A DNA stretch of 63,309 bases, counting the filler, from Octopus bimaculoides (taxonomy: Eukaryota): NCBI RefSeq assembly GCF_001194135.2. It is 7 parts of 5 records of this genome, joined end to end, with 100 filler letters (N's around TTAATTAATTAA, not from the genome) between each part and the next. Parts side by side here need not be neighbours in the genome. Positions count along the whole stretch, not along the records: positions 37,341 to 60,135 come from NC_068983.1; positions 60,236 to 62,192 come from NC_068983.1; 5 more parts are not named here. The stretch is one strand, 5' to 3'. Numbering within the stretch: the stretch's first letter is position 1; every line of letters starts with the position of its first letter. Shown one piece after another: positions 50,420 through 62,292 of this stretch. A program made the translations under genes and the position numbers. A model generated the notes under the pieces. It ran no database searches. It was not told the origin of the DNA and worked only from the letters and a program-made list of their open reading frames with translations.

Positions 50420-51122
50420 CTTTTTTTTTTTAGTTGTGTAAAACTTTTTTTTAGCAGTAAACTGCCTTTATTTGGATTAATTTTGAAAAATCTTGCCTCT
50501 CACAAAATAGAAACATATCTCATGGCTCCAATAGACAAAATGGAAAAGGCGTTGCTCCGGAGATGGCGTGGGCAATGCGCTGGATCAGCCACTCTGACTC
50601 ATGGGGCTCACACTTGCGAACAGCCATTTCCACCACGTTAGCAGTGAGCAGGTACATGATCTGGGGGCCAAGAACGCCGGGAACTCCACTGCCACAGGCT
50701 CGACCATAAACCCTTCAGAGAGCAACCGATACCTTGACAGATTGCTTTTCTTAGCTTAACGAGCAGCAGCGCATAGGATGGTAGCTGATTACACCAAGTT
50801 GCCGCTGGAGAAGGTGTCACAAAATTTGGCATTCCAGACGAGGGTCCTACCGCCACAGAACGGGAGAGCTGTTATACCGTCCGGACTTTTACCAGCCCCT
50901 CGGTCTAGCCCCACTGGCTCGAGCTGGAGAGAGAAGCATGAGGTGTCTAGGTCGTGTTTTATGATCTTGTAAGGAGCGGCATGGCATGGAAGGTGGCCAG
51001 CACTATGACGGCATGATAGTGGGTGGCGGCCGGAAGAATCCAAAGCGGATCCACAGCGGCATTCACGAAGCTCACAAATCTGGAGGTCAAACCTCAGGGA
51101 AGCGCCTTTGCGCAGGCAGTTG
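50420..51122 (-). mobile_element. 5'-truncated CRE-like (R2 superfamily) retrotransposon: zinc knuckle, RLE, A-rich tail
   Basis: CRCGSALDSSGRHPLSCRHSAG..HAA; LEPVGLDRGAGKSPDGI..LVW..CDTF; EPVAVE..GVLGP; EWLIQRIAHAI..SNAFSIL. Confidence 0.88.
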
Positions 51123-51364
51123 CTGATCAACTGGAACCTTCAACGTCGTAAGCGACGGAGTGCCAACAACAAAATAAAGAGAAGTGTAAACATTATCTCA
51201 TATGAAGGCCGTAATTCATCTTCAATTTATTTGTATGGTTTAATAAGAATGAATTACACTGTGTAACACGATTTTTGTCCTTGAGTAGCAACTGTTATTT
51301 CCTGTTTGCTTACCTCTAGAAAGTTTGAAAAATGCCTGTTTCATTCAGACTTTGCTTTTGTTAC

Positions 51365-51535
51365 ATTTATTCAAACCCCGAAAAATTCCTCTCAACACAT
51401 GGCTATGATGCTCCCCCACTATTCCTGCTCATGATCAGAAATGCACATATTGTCAAGCACTAAGGGACATGCTCAAGTGGTTAAAGTCAAACAACTGACA
51501 AGCGGATCTGTGGTATTGAGCAGATTATTTGCTAT
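51365..51535 (-). mobile_element. Partial copy of the 16537-17088 element
   Basis: ttattcaaaccccgaaaaattcctctcaacacatggctatgatgctcccc...gagcagattatttgct matches about 16815-16985. Confidence 0.85.
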
Positions 51536-51775
51536 AACAATATTTCTGCTTCAGCAACTCAGTACTGAATCTATCTGAAATATTATGGAATATAGGTTAG
51601 TTACAAAACATTGATGTCCAGGTTACAAAAGCAAAGCTTGAAGGGAATAGTAGTCATTTCCTTTGAATATCTAGATAGAAGCAAATAACAAATAACACTT
51701 ACTGACCAAAGACAAAACAAGAAATCAAATTGTTACACAATATTATCGTTATCTTAGGAGATAATTTATCCCTGT

Positions 51776-52088
51776 GAATGCGTGTGGCTTTGTGGTTAAG
51801 GTATTTGGTTCACTATCATAAGGTCATGAGTTCGATTCTCTGCGGCGCGTTGTGTCCTTGAGCAAGACACTTTATTTCACGTTGCTCCAGTCCACTCAGC
51901 TGGCAAAATTGAGTAGTACCTCTGTCACAAAGGGCCAGCCTTGTCACATTCTGTCTGACGCTGAATCTCCTTGAGAGTACGCGTCTTTGTGGAGTACTCA
52001 GCCACTTGCACGTTAATTTCACAACCAGGCTGTTCTGCTGATCGGATCAACTGGAACCCTCGTTGTCGTATTCTACGGTGTGCCGGAT
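51776..52088 (+). mobile_element. tRNA-derived SINE group A variant
   Basis: tRNA-like head gtggctttgtggttaagg...gagttcgattc; central ttgtgtccttgagcaagacact; group-A tail. Confidence 0.85.
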
Positions 52089-52271
52089 TTTTTTTTTTTA
52101 TCACTATCCTACAGTATTGTTTTATAAAGATAATCCATCGTTAATTTATGTATAAGTTTTAATAAAGAGATTTCATCGTTGTCTTATTTACAAAGGTTTT
52201 ATAAGAAGTGGTCTTATTGATAGAGCTTAATAGGAATATAAATAATCAACATCTTAGAAAAGTAGGTTTTT

Positions 52272-52490
52272 AAGCGCAGACATGACTGTGTGGTTAAGGA
52301 ATTCGCTCCGTAACCATGTACTTTCGGGTTCAGTCCCTCTGTGTGGCACCTTGGGCAAGTGTTTTTTTTTTCTATAGTCCCGAGCCGACTAATTGTTTGG
52401 GAGTGAATATGTGAACAAAAACAGCGTGGAAGCCTGTGGTGTACATACATACATAATACATACATACATACATACATGTATGTGTGTATG
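52272..52490 (+). mobile_element. SINE group B head plus (CATA)n
   Basis: aagcgcagacatgactgtgtggttaagg...gggttcagtccc...ggcaccttgggcaagtg. Confidence 0.8.
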
Positions 52491-53334
52491 TATGTTTCTC
52501 TTCTGCTTTTAATTATTGAAGAAGGAGCTGGTTTCTAACAAAGATACAAAGCGCCATCGTTGGAATGTAGATAAAACAATGTCACATTTTAAACTTGAGA
52601 AAAGTCTTGCCTTGTTTTACTGTTCCGCTTATTACAGATTGTATTTGTAATGTGCGAGTCAGTTGGTTGATTTCTTTTTCTGAAAATCATAGCTTATCCA
52701 GATTGACAGGTATTTACTTAGAAATCTAAGTGCTCCAATTATTATTTGTATAAATAATAATTCTATACATGTNNNNNNNNNNNNNNNNNNNNNNNNNNNN
52801 NNNNNNNNNNNNNNNNNNNNNNNNNNNNNNNNNNNNNNNNNNNNNNNNNNNNNNNNNNNNNNNNNNNNNNNNNNNNNNNNNNNNNNNNNNNNNNNNNNNN
52901 NNNNNNNNNNNNNNNNNNNNNNNNNNNNNNNNNNNNNNNNNNNNNNNNNNNNNNNNNNNNNNNNNNNNNNNNNNNNNNNNNNNNNNNNNNNNNNNNNNNN
53001 NNNNNNNNNNNNNNNNNNNNNNNNNNNNNNNNNNNNNNNNNNNNNNNNNNNNNNNNNNNNNNNNNNNNNNNNNNNNNNNNNNNNNNNNNNNNNNNNNNNN
53101 NNNNNNNNNNNNNNNNNNNNNNNNNNNNNNNNNNNNNNNNNNNNNNNNNNNNNNNNNNNNNNNNNNNNNNNNNNNNNNNNNNNNNNNNNNNNNNNNNNNN
53201 NNNNNNNAGAAATGTGAAAGCAAGTTTTAGATTATCTCATGTTTCTAAAATGAACTGAATGTTATTGTAAACATATATGTAAAAGAAATAAAGAAAGAAA
53301 AAACACTAACACTTAAAACCCATAACAGCATGAT

Positions 53335-53346
53335 AAAAAAAAAAAA
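53335..53346 (-). terminator. Pol III oligo-T terminator of tRNA-Ser
   Basis: 12 T on the minus strand, 5 nt after the discriminator base. Confidence 0.8.
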
Positions 53347-53351
53347 TTTAT

Positions 53352-53433
53352 CGCTGCGAACAGGATTCGAACCTGTGCGGGAATATCCCATTGGATTTCG
53401 AGTCCAACGCCTTAACCACTCGGCCATCGCAGC
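53352..53433 (-). tRNA. tRNA-Ser(CGA): tRNA-Ser(CGA), 82 nt, intronless
   Basis: GCTGCGA-TG-GCCGAGTGGTTAAGGC-G-TTGGACTCGAAATCCAA-T-GGGATATTCCC-GC-ACAGGTTCGAATCCTGT-TCGCAGC-G: acceptor, D, anticodon, variable and T stems all pair; G discriminator. Confidence 0.97.
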
Positions 53434-53656
53434 GAACTAGTATGTCAAATTTGAAATATAATAGTTAACGGCGATGTCTGGTTGGAAACTAGGTTGAGTG
53501 TGCGATAAAATGAATAGCTGAATTTTTATTTTATAGTTCGTCGTGTACTCTGATACCTCACTACACAATTAGTACAGGTTTCAGAGATAATTTAGGTTAA
53601 CTAACTCTATTGAGAATTCGACAGACATCTCCAATTAGAATTTGGTAAAGCTGTTA

Positions 53657-53820
53657 TTATATCATAGTCTATATCATAGTCTATATCATATGTTATATCA
53701 TAGTCTATATCATATTTTATACCATAGTCCATATGTAATATGTTATATCATAGTCTATATTTTATCTCATAGTCTGTTATATCATAGCCTATATAGCATA
53801 TAACTTTGTATATATCATGC
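53657..53820. repeat. About 12-bp minisatellite (atatcatagtct)n
   Basis: Visible degenerate tandem array. Confidence 0.85.
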
Positions 53821-53859
53821 TGACAATGCGTATTTCGACGTTCCGCACTTAAACTTACT

Positions 53860-54089
53860 CTTTTTCCCCTTCTTTTTGTTGTATCAGTCATTAGATTGCG
53901 GCCATGCTGGGGCACTGCATCGAAGAATTTTCTAATCGAATGAATCGACTCCACTACTTATTATTGTTTAGTAAAGCCTGGTACCGATTCTATTGTTCTC
54001 TTTTGCCAAACCGCTAAATTACGGACGAATAAACACACCAACATTAGCTGTCAATCGGTGGTGGGGACAAACAAAAACAGAAAGACACA

Positions 54090-54095
<6 letters not shown>
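53860..54095 (-). mobile_element. SINE group B 3' half
   Basis: Reverse complement of the group-B tail, followed by (TA)n and a gap. Confidence 0.8.
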
Positions 54096-54125
<30 letters not shown>

Positions 54126-54841
54126 NNNNNNNNNNNNNNNNNNNNNNNNNNNNNNNNNNNNNNNNNNNNNNNNNNNNNNNNNNNNNNNNNNNNNNNNNNN
54201 NNNNNNNNNNNNNNNNNNNNNNNNNNNNNNNNNNNNNNNNNNNNNNNNNNNNNNNNNNNNNNNNNNNNNNNNNNNNNNNNNNNNNNNNNNNNNNNNNNNN
54301 NNNNNNNNNNNNNNNNNNNNNNNNNNNNNNNNNNNNNNNNNNNNNNNNNNNNNNNNNNNNNNNNNNNNNNNNNNNNNNNNNNNNNNNNNNNNNNNNNNNN
54401 NNNNNNNNNNNNNNNNNNNNNNNNNNNNNNNNNNNNNNNNNNNNNNNNNNNNNNNNNNNNNNNNNNNNNNNNNNNNNNNNNNNNNNNNNNNNNNNNNNNN
54501 NNNNNNNNNNNNNNNNNNNNNNNNNNNNNNNNNNNNNNNNNNNNNNNNNNNNNNNNNNNNNNNNNNNNNNNNNNNNNNNNNNNNNNNNNNNNNNNNNNNN
54601 NNNNNNNNNNNNNNNNNNNNNNNNNNNNNNNNNNNNNNNNNNNNNNNNNNNNNNNNNNNNNNNNNNNNNNNNNNNNNNNNNNNNNNNNNNNNNNNNNNNN
54701 NNNNNNNNNNNNNNNNNNNNNNNNNNNNNNNNNNNNNNNNNNNNNNNNNNNNNNNNNNNNNNNNNNNNNNNNNNNNNNNNNNNNNNNNNNNNNNNNNNNN
54801 NNNNNNNNNNNNNNNNNNNNNNNNNNNNNNNNNNNNNNNNN

Positions 54842-54894
<53 letters not shown>

Positions 54895-56210
54895 TGAATC
54901 TTGCAAGCATGAAGTGGATTCGATCCACCATAGCCAAATTGAAATTAACACTTCAACAGAACTTTTCTGTGACAGCAGTTTTACATTTTCCAGATGCCTT
55001 AGCATCCGTTTGAACGGATCCTTTTCCGCTTTTTGTGAGAGGGGAAACCACCACTTGTGAGGCGCTCCATCTGCTGCCACCACTTGTGAGGCGCTCCATC
55101 TGCTGCCAGAAACCGCTTAAGGGTGGGTTTGGGATGCCTTGGCTGATGATGCGCATGTATGCGCTGAGACACCTCTGGCTTTACCTGGATAGTGAACGGG
55201 TGTGGTCACCGCATGTCAAGTTCTTCCTGGAGACCAAAAATGAGTGCATGGCAGAGGGAGTGCAGGAATGCACTCACTCTGTTCTCCTGGGCGAGCAATA
55301 TCGGCAGCGGGGTTACCACAGCGGATTTCTATAGCGGGTTGGTAGAGCATATGTCCGACGACGTCCTGGTGGAGACTCTAGGCTTCGATGAGGAACAGCT
55401 TGTCAACCTGTTCGGAAGAACATTCGGGCCGGGGTATCTGGACAACTTCCAGAAATTGCTGGTCTGGTTGTGCTACCGATCGGCCTTGCCAGTTCGAGAG
55501 GTTGTCAATGCATGGTGCCAGTATCTCACCCACGTGTCCGAGGTGCAGGTGTGTCAGTGAAACTGTCACGTACGCCTTCGTACATTGTGAGAGATTAAGG
55601 GAACCGATAACCTGTGTCGAACAAATGGTGTCAGATGCGGGAAGAGTACGGTTATCGACTGAGTCTACCATTAAGATTGTGCCGCCTCTCTCCTTTAACA
55701 AGGAAAAGGAGGCGTCATTTTTCTGCGTAGTAGCCATATTGAAAGAAACAGTATGGATGACGCGTGGATGAGGAATTGAGGCAGGCAACTTCATATCCGG
55801 ACGTGGATTGGTTGGGTCTTTTTTTATCTACCACCTATCTAAAAAGATTAGCTTGGAGAAGAGGTGCCTGCCTCGAAGTACATTTGTGAAAAGATGGACG
55901 AATGTTGTAAGGAAGTTGACAGCGAATAGGGCCGTGTTGGTGTAGCCGGTCTAATCAGAAAGGAAAAATAATAAGCAGAAAAAGGAAAAAAAGAAAGAAA
56001 GGAAAAAAAACACCGGCGGGTCGAACACGGACCCGAAAATATAATCACAGGAATTTTTATACGACTCTCGATTTCATTACACCATTCGATTTCATTTTTC
56101 CGATTTCATATTTCAATTTCCATTAAGTCATAACACCCAAACCTAAATGTTTTGTATTGTCTTGTATGTCCCCTCTCTCTATGTCATTCATTGACAAATA
56201 AAGAAATAAG
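54895..56210 (+). mobile_element. L1/Tx1-clade LINE, degraded ORF2 C-terminus and 3' UTR
   Basis: LVRRSICCQKPLKGGFGMPWL; CCHC knuckle PTCPRCRCVSETVTYAFVHC; internal ~28-bp tandem duplication; ends aataaagaaataag. Confidence 0.85.
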
Positions 56211-57470
56211 TTAGTCACTTGGTGACGACTCAACCAGTTAGTCACTTTGGTGACAACCCAGTTAATGAGAACGGAGTCTGGCTGACCTGCTAGAAGAACA
56301 ATGGTATTTCTCCAAAGAAGCAGTTGTTTTGTCCCGCACTCTCTAACTAGCTCACAACATCACTCTATCTCTTTCTGTGGATTACTGCTAAGATAATGTG
56401 TACACAAACTATACAAGAAAAATCTACGACATCTATGTTTACTTCGCATGCTTTACGATTTTATCACCTTTCCGTCGAAGCAAGGTATTACATTCAATGT
56501 AACGGTAAACAAATATTTTCTTCACAACTTCAATCACTGTTCTTTCATCTTTACATGATGGCTATCAACGAAGAACCAATCCTTACACACTGATTTCGAC
56601 TCAGACATTCCATCCTACTGTGTATCGACTACCGACTTTCCGTATTATCGTTTACAAATCAAACTTCAACCGTCACAAAATCAACCTCCACCGTTACAAA
56701 TATCAACTGTTACAGAGAGAGAGAGAGGGGGGGCAGACAGACAGACAGATATACAAGTGTATATGTCAGGGTGACAATGAAACGAGGAAGGTATCAGGTG
56801 GTCGTGAGTTGTGTTAAAAACCACAGCTAAATCGCCTTTAAATCGCACGCACACAATCAAAAAAATTGTTTTATCTTTTTTCATAATCGTATGAATTCTC
56901 GTGACTAGAACACAAACTCACAAAAATTCTCTGGAAATTTCAAAAAAGTTATGAAGGGTAAGGATTTCGTCGTGTAGTTAAAGGTGTTCCAGTCATGATC
57001 ATTCTCTGGTTTTGGTTAAATAGATGATTGATATTTTACTAGGTTGAGTGTTGTTCCCATATAAAAACCGGATCACCGTCTAATGTTTCCAACAAATTAC
57101 ATTTATTATCATAAAGATATTACAGAGATTAATTTCCAAGATGAATGCCAGGAGTGAATCTCCTATATACGGTTATTTGGCTAGAGGTGAGATTGTTAGA
57201 TCTTCGTGTTGGCGAGAGGTGGGAAAGTTCTGTGTTCGTTGTAGATAAGCGGTTCTCAATCATTTCTTTACCTGTGGATCCCTTTGATTACCATTTTACT
57301 CTGATGGACCCCAATAGCCATTCGATGTTTAAAAACAAGCTTTATAGATATTTCTTTCGAAATCCCTATTGTTTTCACACATTCACTTGTGTAGTTTGAA
57401 CACTGTAAAATGTTAGAGAAAGAAACCTAGCTGTTTCTAGTAATAAATACACCTAAATAAAAATTTTCTC

Positions 57471-58409
57471 ATGAATCCCTTAATATACTACTGTGTGGAT
57501 CCGCAATTTACTATTTTGCTTATGTGACCCCAAAACATCTTATAGGAACTTCGGGAGTCATGTGGAGAACCATTGTTGTAGATGAAGTGATTCCTTTTAA
57601 CCCGAGGTCATGGTTGACCAAAAATCGTCTGCGTTTTTTGGAAAATCTGCGATGGTTGTCTGGAACCTCTGCCTTCATTCAACCGTTTGTGGTGGTTGTC
57701 CTGCACGTCTACATTTTAAAATTATTTTGGCGAGAAATGGCCTGAAAATTTCTGTTTAAATCACACCGACACACGTTGTCGCTGAAATATGACTGGTTAG
57801 AATTCAAGGCAAGTCACCTGATATGCCATGGCCTATTTCTCGTTACTTAGATATCAGGGTTTTGAATTTTAAGCGTCGCTATAATCCTTTATTTTTGCAC
57901 ATCTGGGACTTCATTGTTCAAAGTCTCGTTCTTTTTTCTTAAGATGCCAAATGGCATTTTTAGGGAATTTTGTCTGCAATTCCTAAGAGGGAAAACTCCT
58001 TTTGTTTTTGTTTTTTTTTACTTCTTGAGAAGGCAAGATGTAATTTTAGGGAAATTTCTCTGCTATTTCTCTGGTAACAAATCGTGTAACCCCGTAAATT
58101 TCTCCCGTCTTAATTCGCTTAGAGTTTTCAGATATAAAAGATTAATGTAGAAGTGAACAAAAATGACAGCTCAATGAGAATTGAACGTACGATTCATTTA
58201 TTTGATGATAACTATTTCCAAATCTGCACAACACTTTGTTAATAAAATGAATCCCTTTATATACTACTGTGTGGATCCGCAATTTACTATTTTGCTTATG
58301 TGACCCCAAAACATCTTATAGGAACTTCGGGAGTCATGTGGAGAACCATTGTTGTAGATGAAGTGATTCCTTTTAACCCGAGGTCATGGTTGACCAAAAA
58401 TCGTCTGCG
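57471..58409 (+). repeat. 163-bp direct repeats (57471-57633 / 58247-58409), one mismatch
   Basis: Compared by eye; only ccttaat vs cctttat differs. Confidence 0.9.
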
Positions 58410-58864
58410 AAATAGTTCGATCCTAGTCCACGAATCACTAAAATGGAAATAAAACTTTTGACATTCAATTATCTCGATAATAATATTTCCTAGCACGAAA
58501 ACATCCTAAGCTAAGCAGCCCGTTTAATGAAGACCGTTTGTCGATTTAAAGGGTTCTTTCTCTTCGATTATTAATTGTGATCTATCTACTTTCCTTCACC
58601 CTTCTCAGGTAAACACTCTATCATACATCAATGACCTATTTACTATTTCTGGAAACAACACAAACATGTTACGCATCCTCTTCCACTCCTTAGCCTTCCG
58701 CACATTAATGTCATCCACATGCTGCGTGCTGATAATCTCACAACTCACAGCTTTAGCACAAACACAATATAACTAGGCCGTAAACTCGCTAAAAACGCCC
58801 AGTCTCGCAATCTCTGATATTCTCCCTCAACGTATCGATGCAATTCTGATTTAAGCACGCCATA

Positions 58865-59211
58865 TTAACCCCTCATTACTTTTTTGTTTGGGAGTTTTCA
58901 GAAATTTTCTGCATATTTGTGTTCTACACACGGGAATTTATACGACTATGAAAAAAAAGAAATTTTTTTTTCATTTTTCGAATTAAAAAAATTTAATTCT
59001 TCGAAATTTTTTTAAAATACGGGCAGTCAGAATTTTCTGCTTAAACACCATAAGATGTTCTAAACGTAACAACTAACCATCTCTTAAATCACACACCAAA
59101 AAACTCTATTTTTTTTTTTTTTGCATAATCAAATGATTTCTCGTATGTAGAACACAAATTCGCAAAAACTTTCTCAAAATTCAAAAAAATAAGAAAGGTA
59201 TGAAGTGTTAT
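58865..59211. mobile_element. Palindromic piggyBac-type MITE (related right arm at about 56830-56960)
   Basis: ttaa-cccctcattac...gtatgaagtgtta; arms share cataat/gtcgtat...tagaacacaaa. Confidence 0.6.
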
Positions 59212-59273
59212 ATGCCGTGTGTAAAGCGGAATTCCACCACGGTGTCTTCATGTGTGTGTGAGTGTGTGTGTAG

Positions 59274-59800
59274 TAAAGTCTATTTGCCAACGTAAGATGG
59301 CAGTCCTGTGTAGGACTATGTTACTATCTTTTATCCCTAGGAAAACATCTTTACAAGTTGGTTATCGACACACAATCTGTTTCTGCAATATACTGTGAGC
59401 AAGGGATCGCACTACTCCATCCTAGCTACTAGTAGTATCAAGAGACCAATGGTTTCTGAGTAATTTCCCGCCATCGGTGTGTACAACGCCGGCCGGAAAC
59501 AGCAGCTTACTCGACCCTCCTCATATGTATATAAATATAGAAGTGACAGACAATCACTGATCTCGTAATGAGTAAAACAGCTAGTTTTAAATCTCTGAAT
59601 GAGATCTAACTAGTAATTATACTGCATGGTAAAATCTATTTGCCAACTTAAGGTGACAGTCCTGCGTAGGACCATTGTTACTACCTTTTGACCCCAGGAA
59701 AACATTTTTTCCAGCTGGTTATCGACACATTATCTGTGTCTGAAATATATTGTGAGCAAGGGAACGTACTACTCCCTCCTGCAACTAGCAATACCAATTC
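59274..59800 (+). repeat. Two diverged tandem copies of a ~200-bp interspersed repeat (59274-59520, 59629-59800)
   Basis: taaa(g/a)tctatttgccaac...cagtcctg(t/c)gtaggac...ggttatcgacaca...tgtgagcaaggga. Confidence 0.8.
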
Positions 59801-60285
59801 TCTTTATTACGATAATAATATCTTACATAGATTGGACAATACAGGACACTACAAACATTTAAGAATTGTCATTTAGTGAGTCTTTTTAGCTTTTTTTTAA
59901 AAAAAAATATACGTTTAAAAATATATATATTTAAAAATTTTTCTTCAAAACTTGGAATATTACCAATGGTTTACACCTAATTCCAGGGTACACCAGTCTA
60001 CACCTTTGTATTTTTTCCAGGAAAGTTTTTAAGTAGGGCCGCTCACTCGCAACTTCCTTCCTACTTCCTTCCATCTTTCCTCATATACTCTTCTAGACAG
60101 GTGTCTTTTCTCCAGCCCTATCTTGCTTTCCAGGTNNNNNNNNNNNNNNNNNNNNNNNNNNNNNNNNNNNNNNNNNNNNTTAATTAATTAANNNNNNNNN
60201 NNNNNNNNNNNNNNNNNNNNNNNNNNNNNNNNNNNGTGACAAAATAAAAAGAAATCTCTTTTTTATAAATCTCTTTTTTTATAAA

Positions 60286-60448
60286 GGCGCAGGAGTGGCT
60301 GTGTGGTAAGTAGCTTGCTTACCAACCACATGGTTCCGGTTTCAGTCCCACTGCGTGGCATTTTGGGCAAGTGTCTTCTACTATAGCCTCGGGCCGACCA
60401 AAGCCTTGTGAGTGGATTTGGTAGACGGAAACAGAAGGAAGCCCGTTG

Positions 60449-60495
<47 letters not shown>
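60286..60495 (+). mobile_element. SINE group B head, well preserved
   Basis: ggcgcaggagtggctgtgtggtaagtagcttgcttaccaaccacatggttcc...ggcattttgggcaagtgtcttctactatagcc, then (TA)n. Confidence 0.9.
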
Positions 60496-60496
<1 letters not shown>

Positions 60497-60529
60497 ACTT
60501 TCTCTTGCTCTTCTTATTCCGCGTAGCAT

Positions 60530-61100
60530 TGTTTCCACTTCCAACTGAACTGATAACACTGGGTAAGGATACAAACTACCAAACAAGAGTAACAGTAAAA
60601 TCAACCACTTATTCTTTATGAATGATCTGAAACTATATACTAAGGATGACCATGAGTTAGAAAAACTTTTAACAATAGCAGAATAATTTAACAATGATAT
60701 TGGAATGGAGTTCGGGCTTTATAAGAGTGCAAAAAACAACTTCCGAGTGGGGGAAAACTCATTATGACACCATCCATCGAACTTAACGTAGTCACGACTA
60801 TACAAGAACTGGATCCTGAGAGCATTTATAAATATCCTGTTATAAACGAGGGCGACGGAATCCAATATACTCAAGGGAAGGAAAAGAGTATTATAGAAGA
60901 GTAAAGCTGGTACTGAAAACTGAACTCAACTGTACAAATTGTAACGAAGCCTTCAATACCTTAGCTGTACTTGTATTGCAATCTGACCTTCAGAGAATGA
61001 ATGGAAAAAACACAAAAACACACCGCCAACAAAACGCACTACTCTAAGGTGGACATTGACAGTTTCTATCTGCCGAAAAAAGGTGTAAAAGGACTAATCT
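60530..61100 (+). mobile_element. Degraded R4/NeSL-like RT fragment
   Basis: KINHLFFMNDLKLYTKDDHELEKLL..NDIGMEFGL. Confidence 0.8.
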
Positions 61101-61224
61101 AACTTAGTTTTTCTAACTCATGGTCATCCAGAATCAAAGAGGCAGAGAGAAATATGGACGAGAACCAAGAATCAGTAACAGAAATTGCAAATGAGGCTGA
61201 CCTTACTACCATACAAGGCAACTA

Positions 61225-62040
61225 GAATCCACGGAAGTAAAGCAAAAGCGGGGATTGAGGCAAGCCACAACGGTCGGGCCACTTCTAATCGACCTTCCAA
61301 GGAAACTTCTTCGCAGTCCGTTTCTCAGTGAGTTGGTCATCCAACTCGTACTCTCGTCCCGTTTCCTGTCTGCATAGAGGTCCGGTCCAAACCAGATCCC
61401 GAGCAGTTTAATCGGTCCGCTTGTCCAATGATCTAAGATGCTTTTTGATGGCAAATACTTGCCTCTCTAGTCGAGCCTCAAAATCAGCAACTTGTCCGAA
61501 TTTATCCTTGCTCCCGCCATCACCTCAGATTTCTTTAGAGTGGAGCCGACGACTTCCACCTCTGTTGTGTCCAACACCATTATGATGATGTTATCCACAT
61601 ATACCGACACAGCTCGAAGGGATTGCTCTTCAAAAGTCCAAGCTTCCGTATCAATGGCCAGCAGGTATAGAAGAAACGGGAGGGGATACTCTTGACAAAG
61701 CGAGCGTACGATATGAAAAGGTTCCAAGAGGTGGCCGTTCGCTTTGACCTCCGAACAAGTACCATTGTGCATCCTACGATCCAGCCTCTGAAAACGGCTC
61801 CGAAACCGACTACTTTTAAGACTACTGACAAGTAATAATGATTTGCCCTACCGAAACCTTTCGACTGATGCAAATTGATCAGAGCCCAACTAACACCAGA
61901 TTTGTTACCTGCTCCTTCTATGGTAAAACGCATGAAGTAGGAGTTTTGTAAATGGATTTAGTGGGAATCGCCTACGTTTGTGCTTCTTCGATCACAAGCA
62001 CCGTCTTTGCTAACACTTTGACCAAAATATGTAACTCCGC
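61225..62040 (-). mobile_element. L1/Tx1-clade LINE RT fragment
   Basis: WALINLHQSKGFGRANHYYL (DQSKAFDRV), NGHLLEPFHIVRSLCQEYPLPFLLY (RQGCPLSP), VYVDNI (YADD), GPIKLLGIWFG. Confidence 0.85.
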
Positions 62041-62101
62041 ATTTAGCAGGATTATAGGCTGGAAAATATTTATATCTCCTTTGTTGACGTTCTTACTCAG
62101 C

Positions 62102-62103
62102 AT

Positions 62104-62146
<43 letters not shown>

Positions 62147-62183
62147 CCACCACCACCACCACCACCACCACCACAACAACAAC
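62102..62183. repeat. (CAG)n(CCA)n(CAA)n compound microsatellite
   Basis: Visible. Confidence 0.95.
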
Positions 62184-62292
62184 AATCTCTTTNNNNNNNN
62201 NNNNNNNNNNNNNNNNNNNNNNNNNNNNNNNNNNNNTTAATTAATTAANNNNNNNNNNNNNNNNNNNNNNNNNNNNNNNNNNNNNNNNNNNN

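Noticed and set aside
54841-54900. L1/Tx1 targeting of (TG)n or of the nearby tRNA gene
   Set aside because: The 3' junction has no TG repeat, the tRNA is about 1.5 kb away across a gap, and the second Tx1 fragment shows no such context
62090-62192. Poly-A/P/Q ORF behind an AG acceptor, resembling a transcription-factor exon
   Set aside because: Compound trinucleotide microsatellite running into a gap; no non-repetitive coding support
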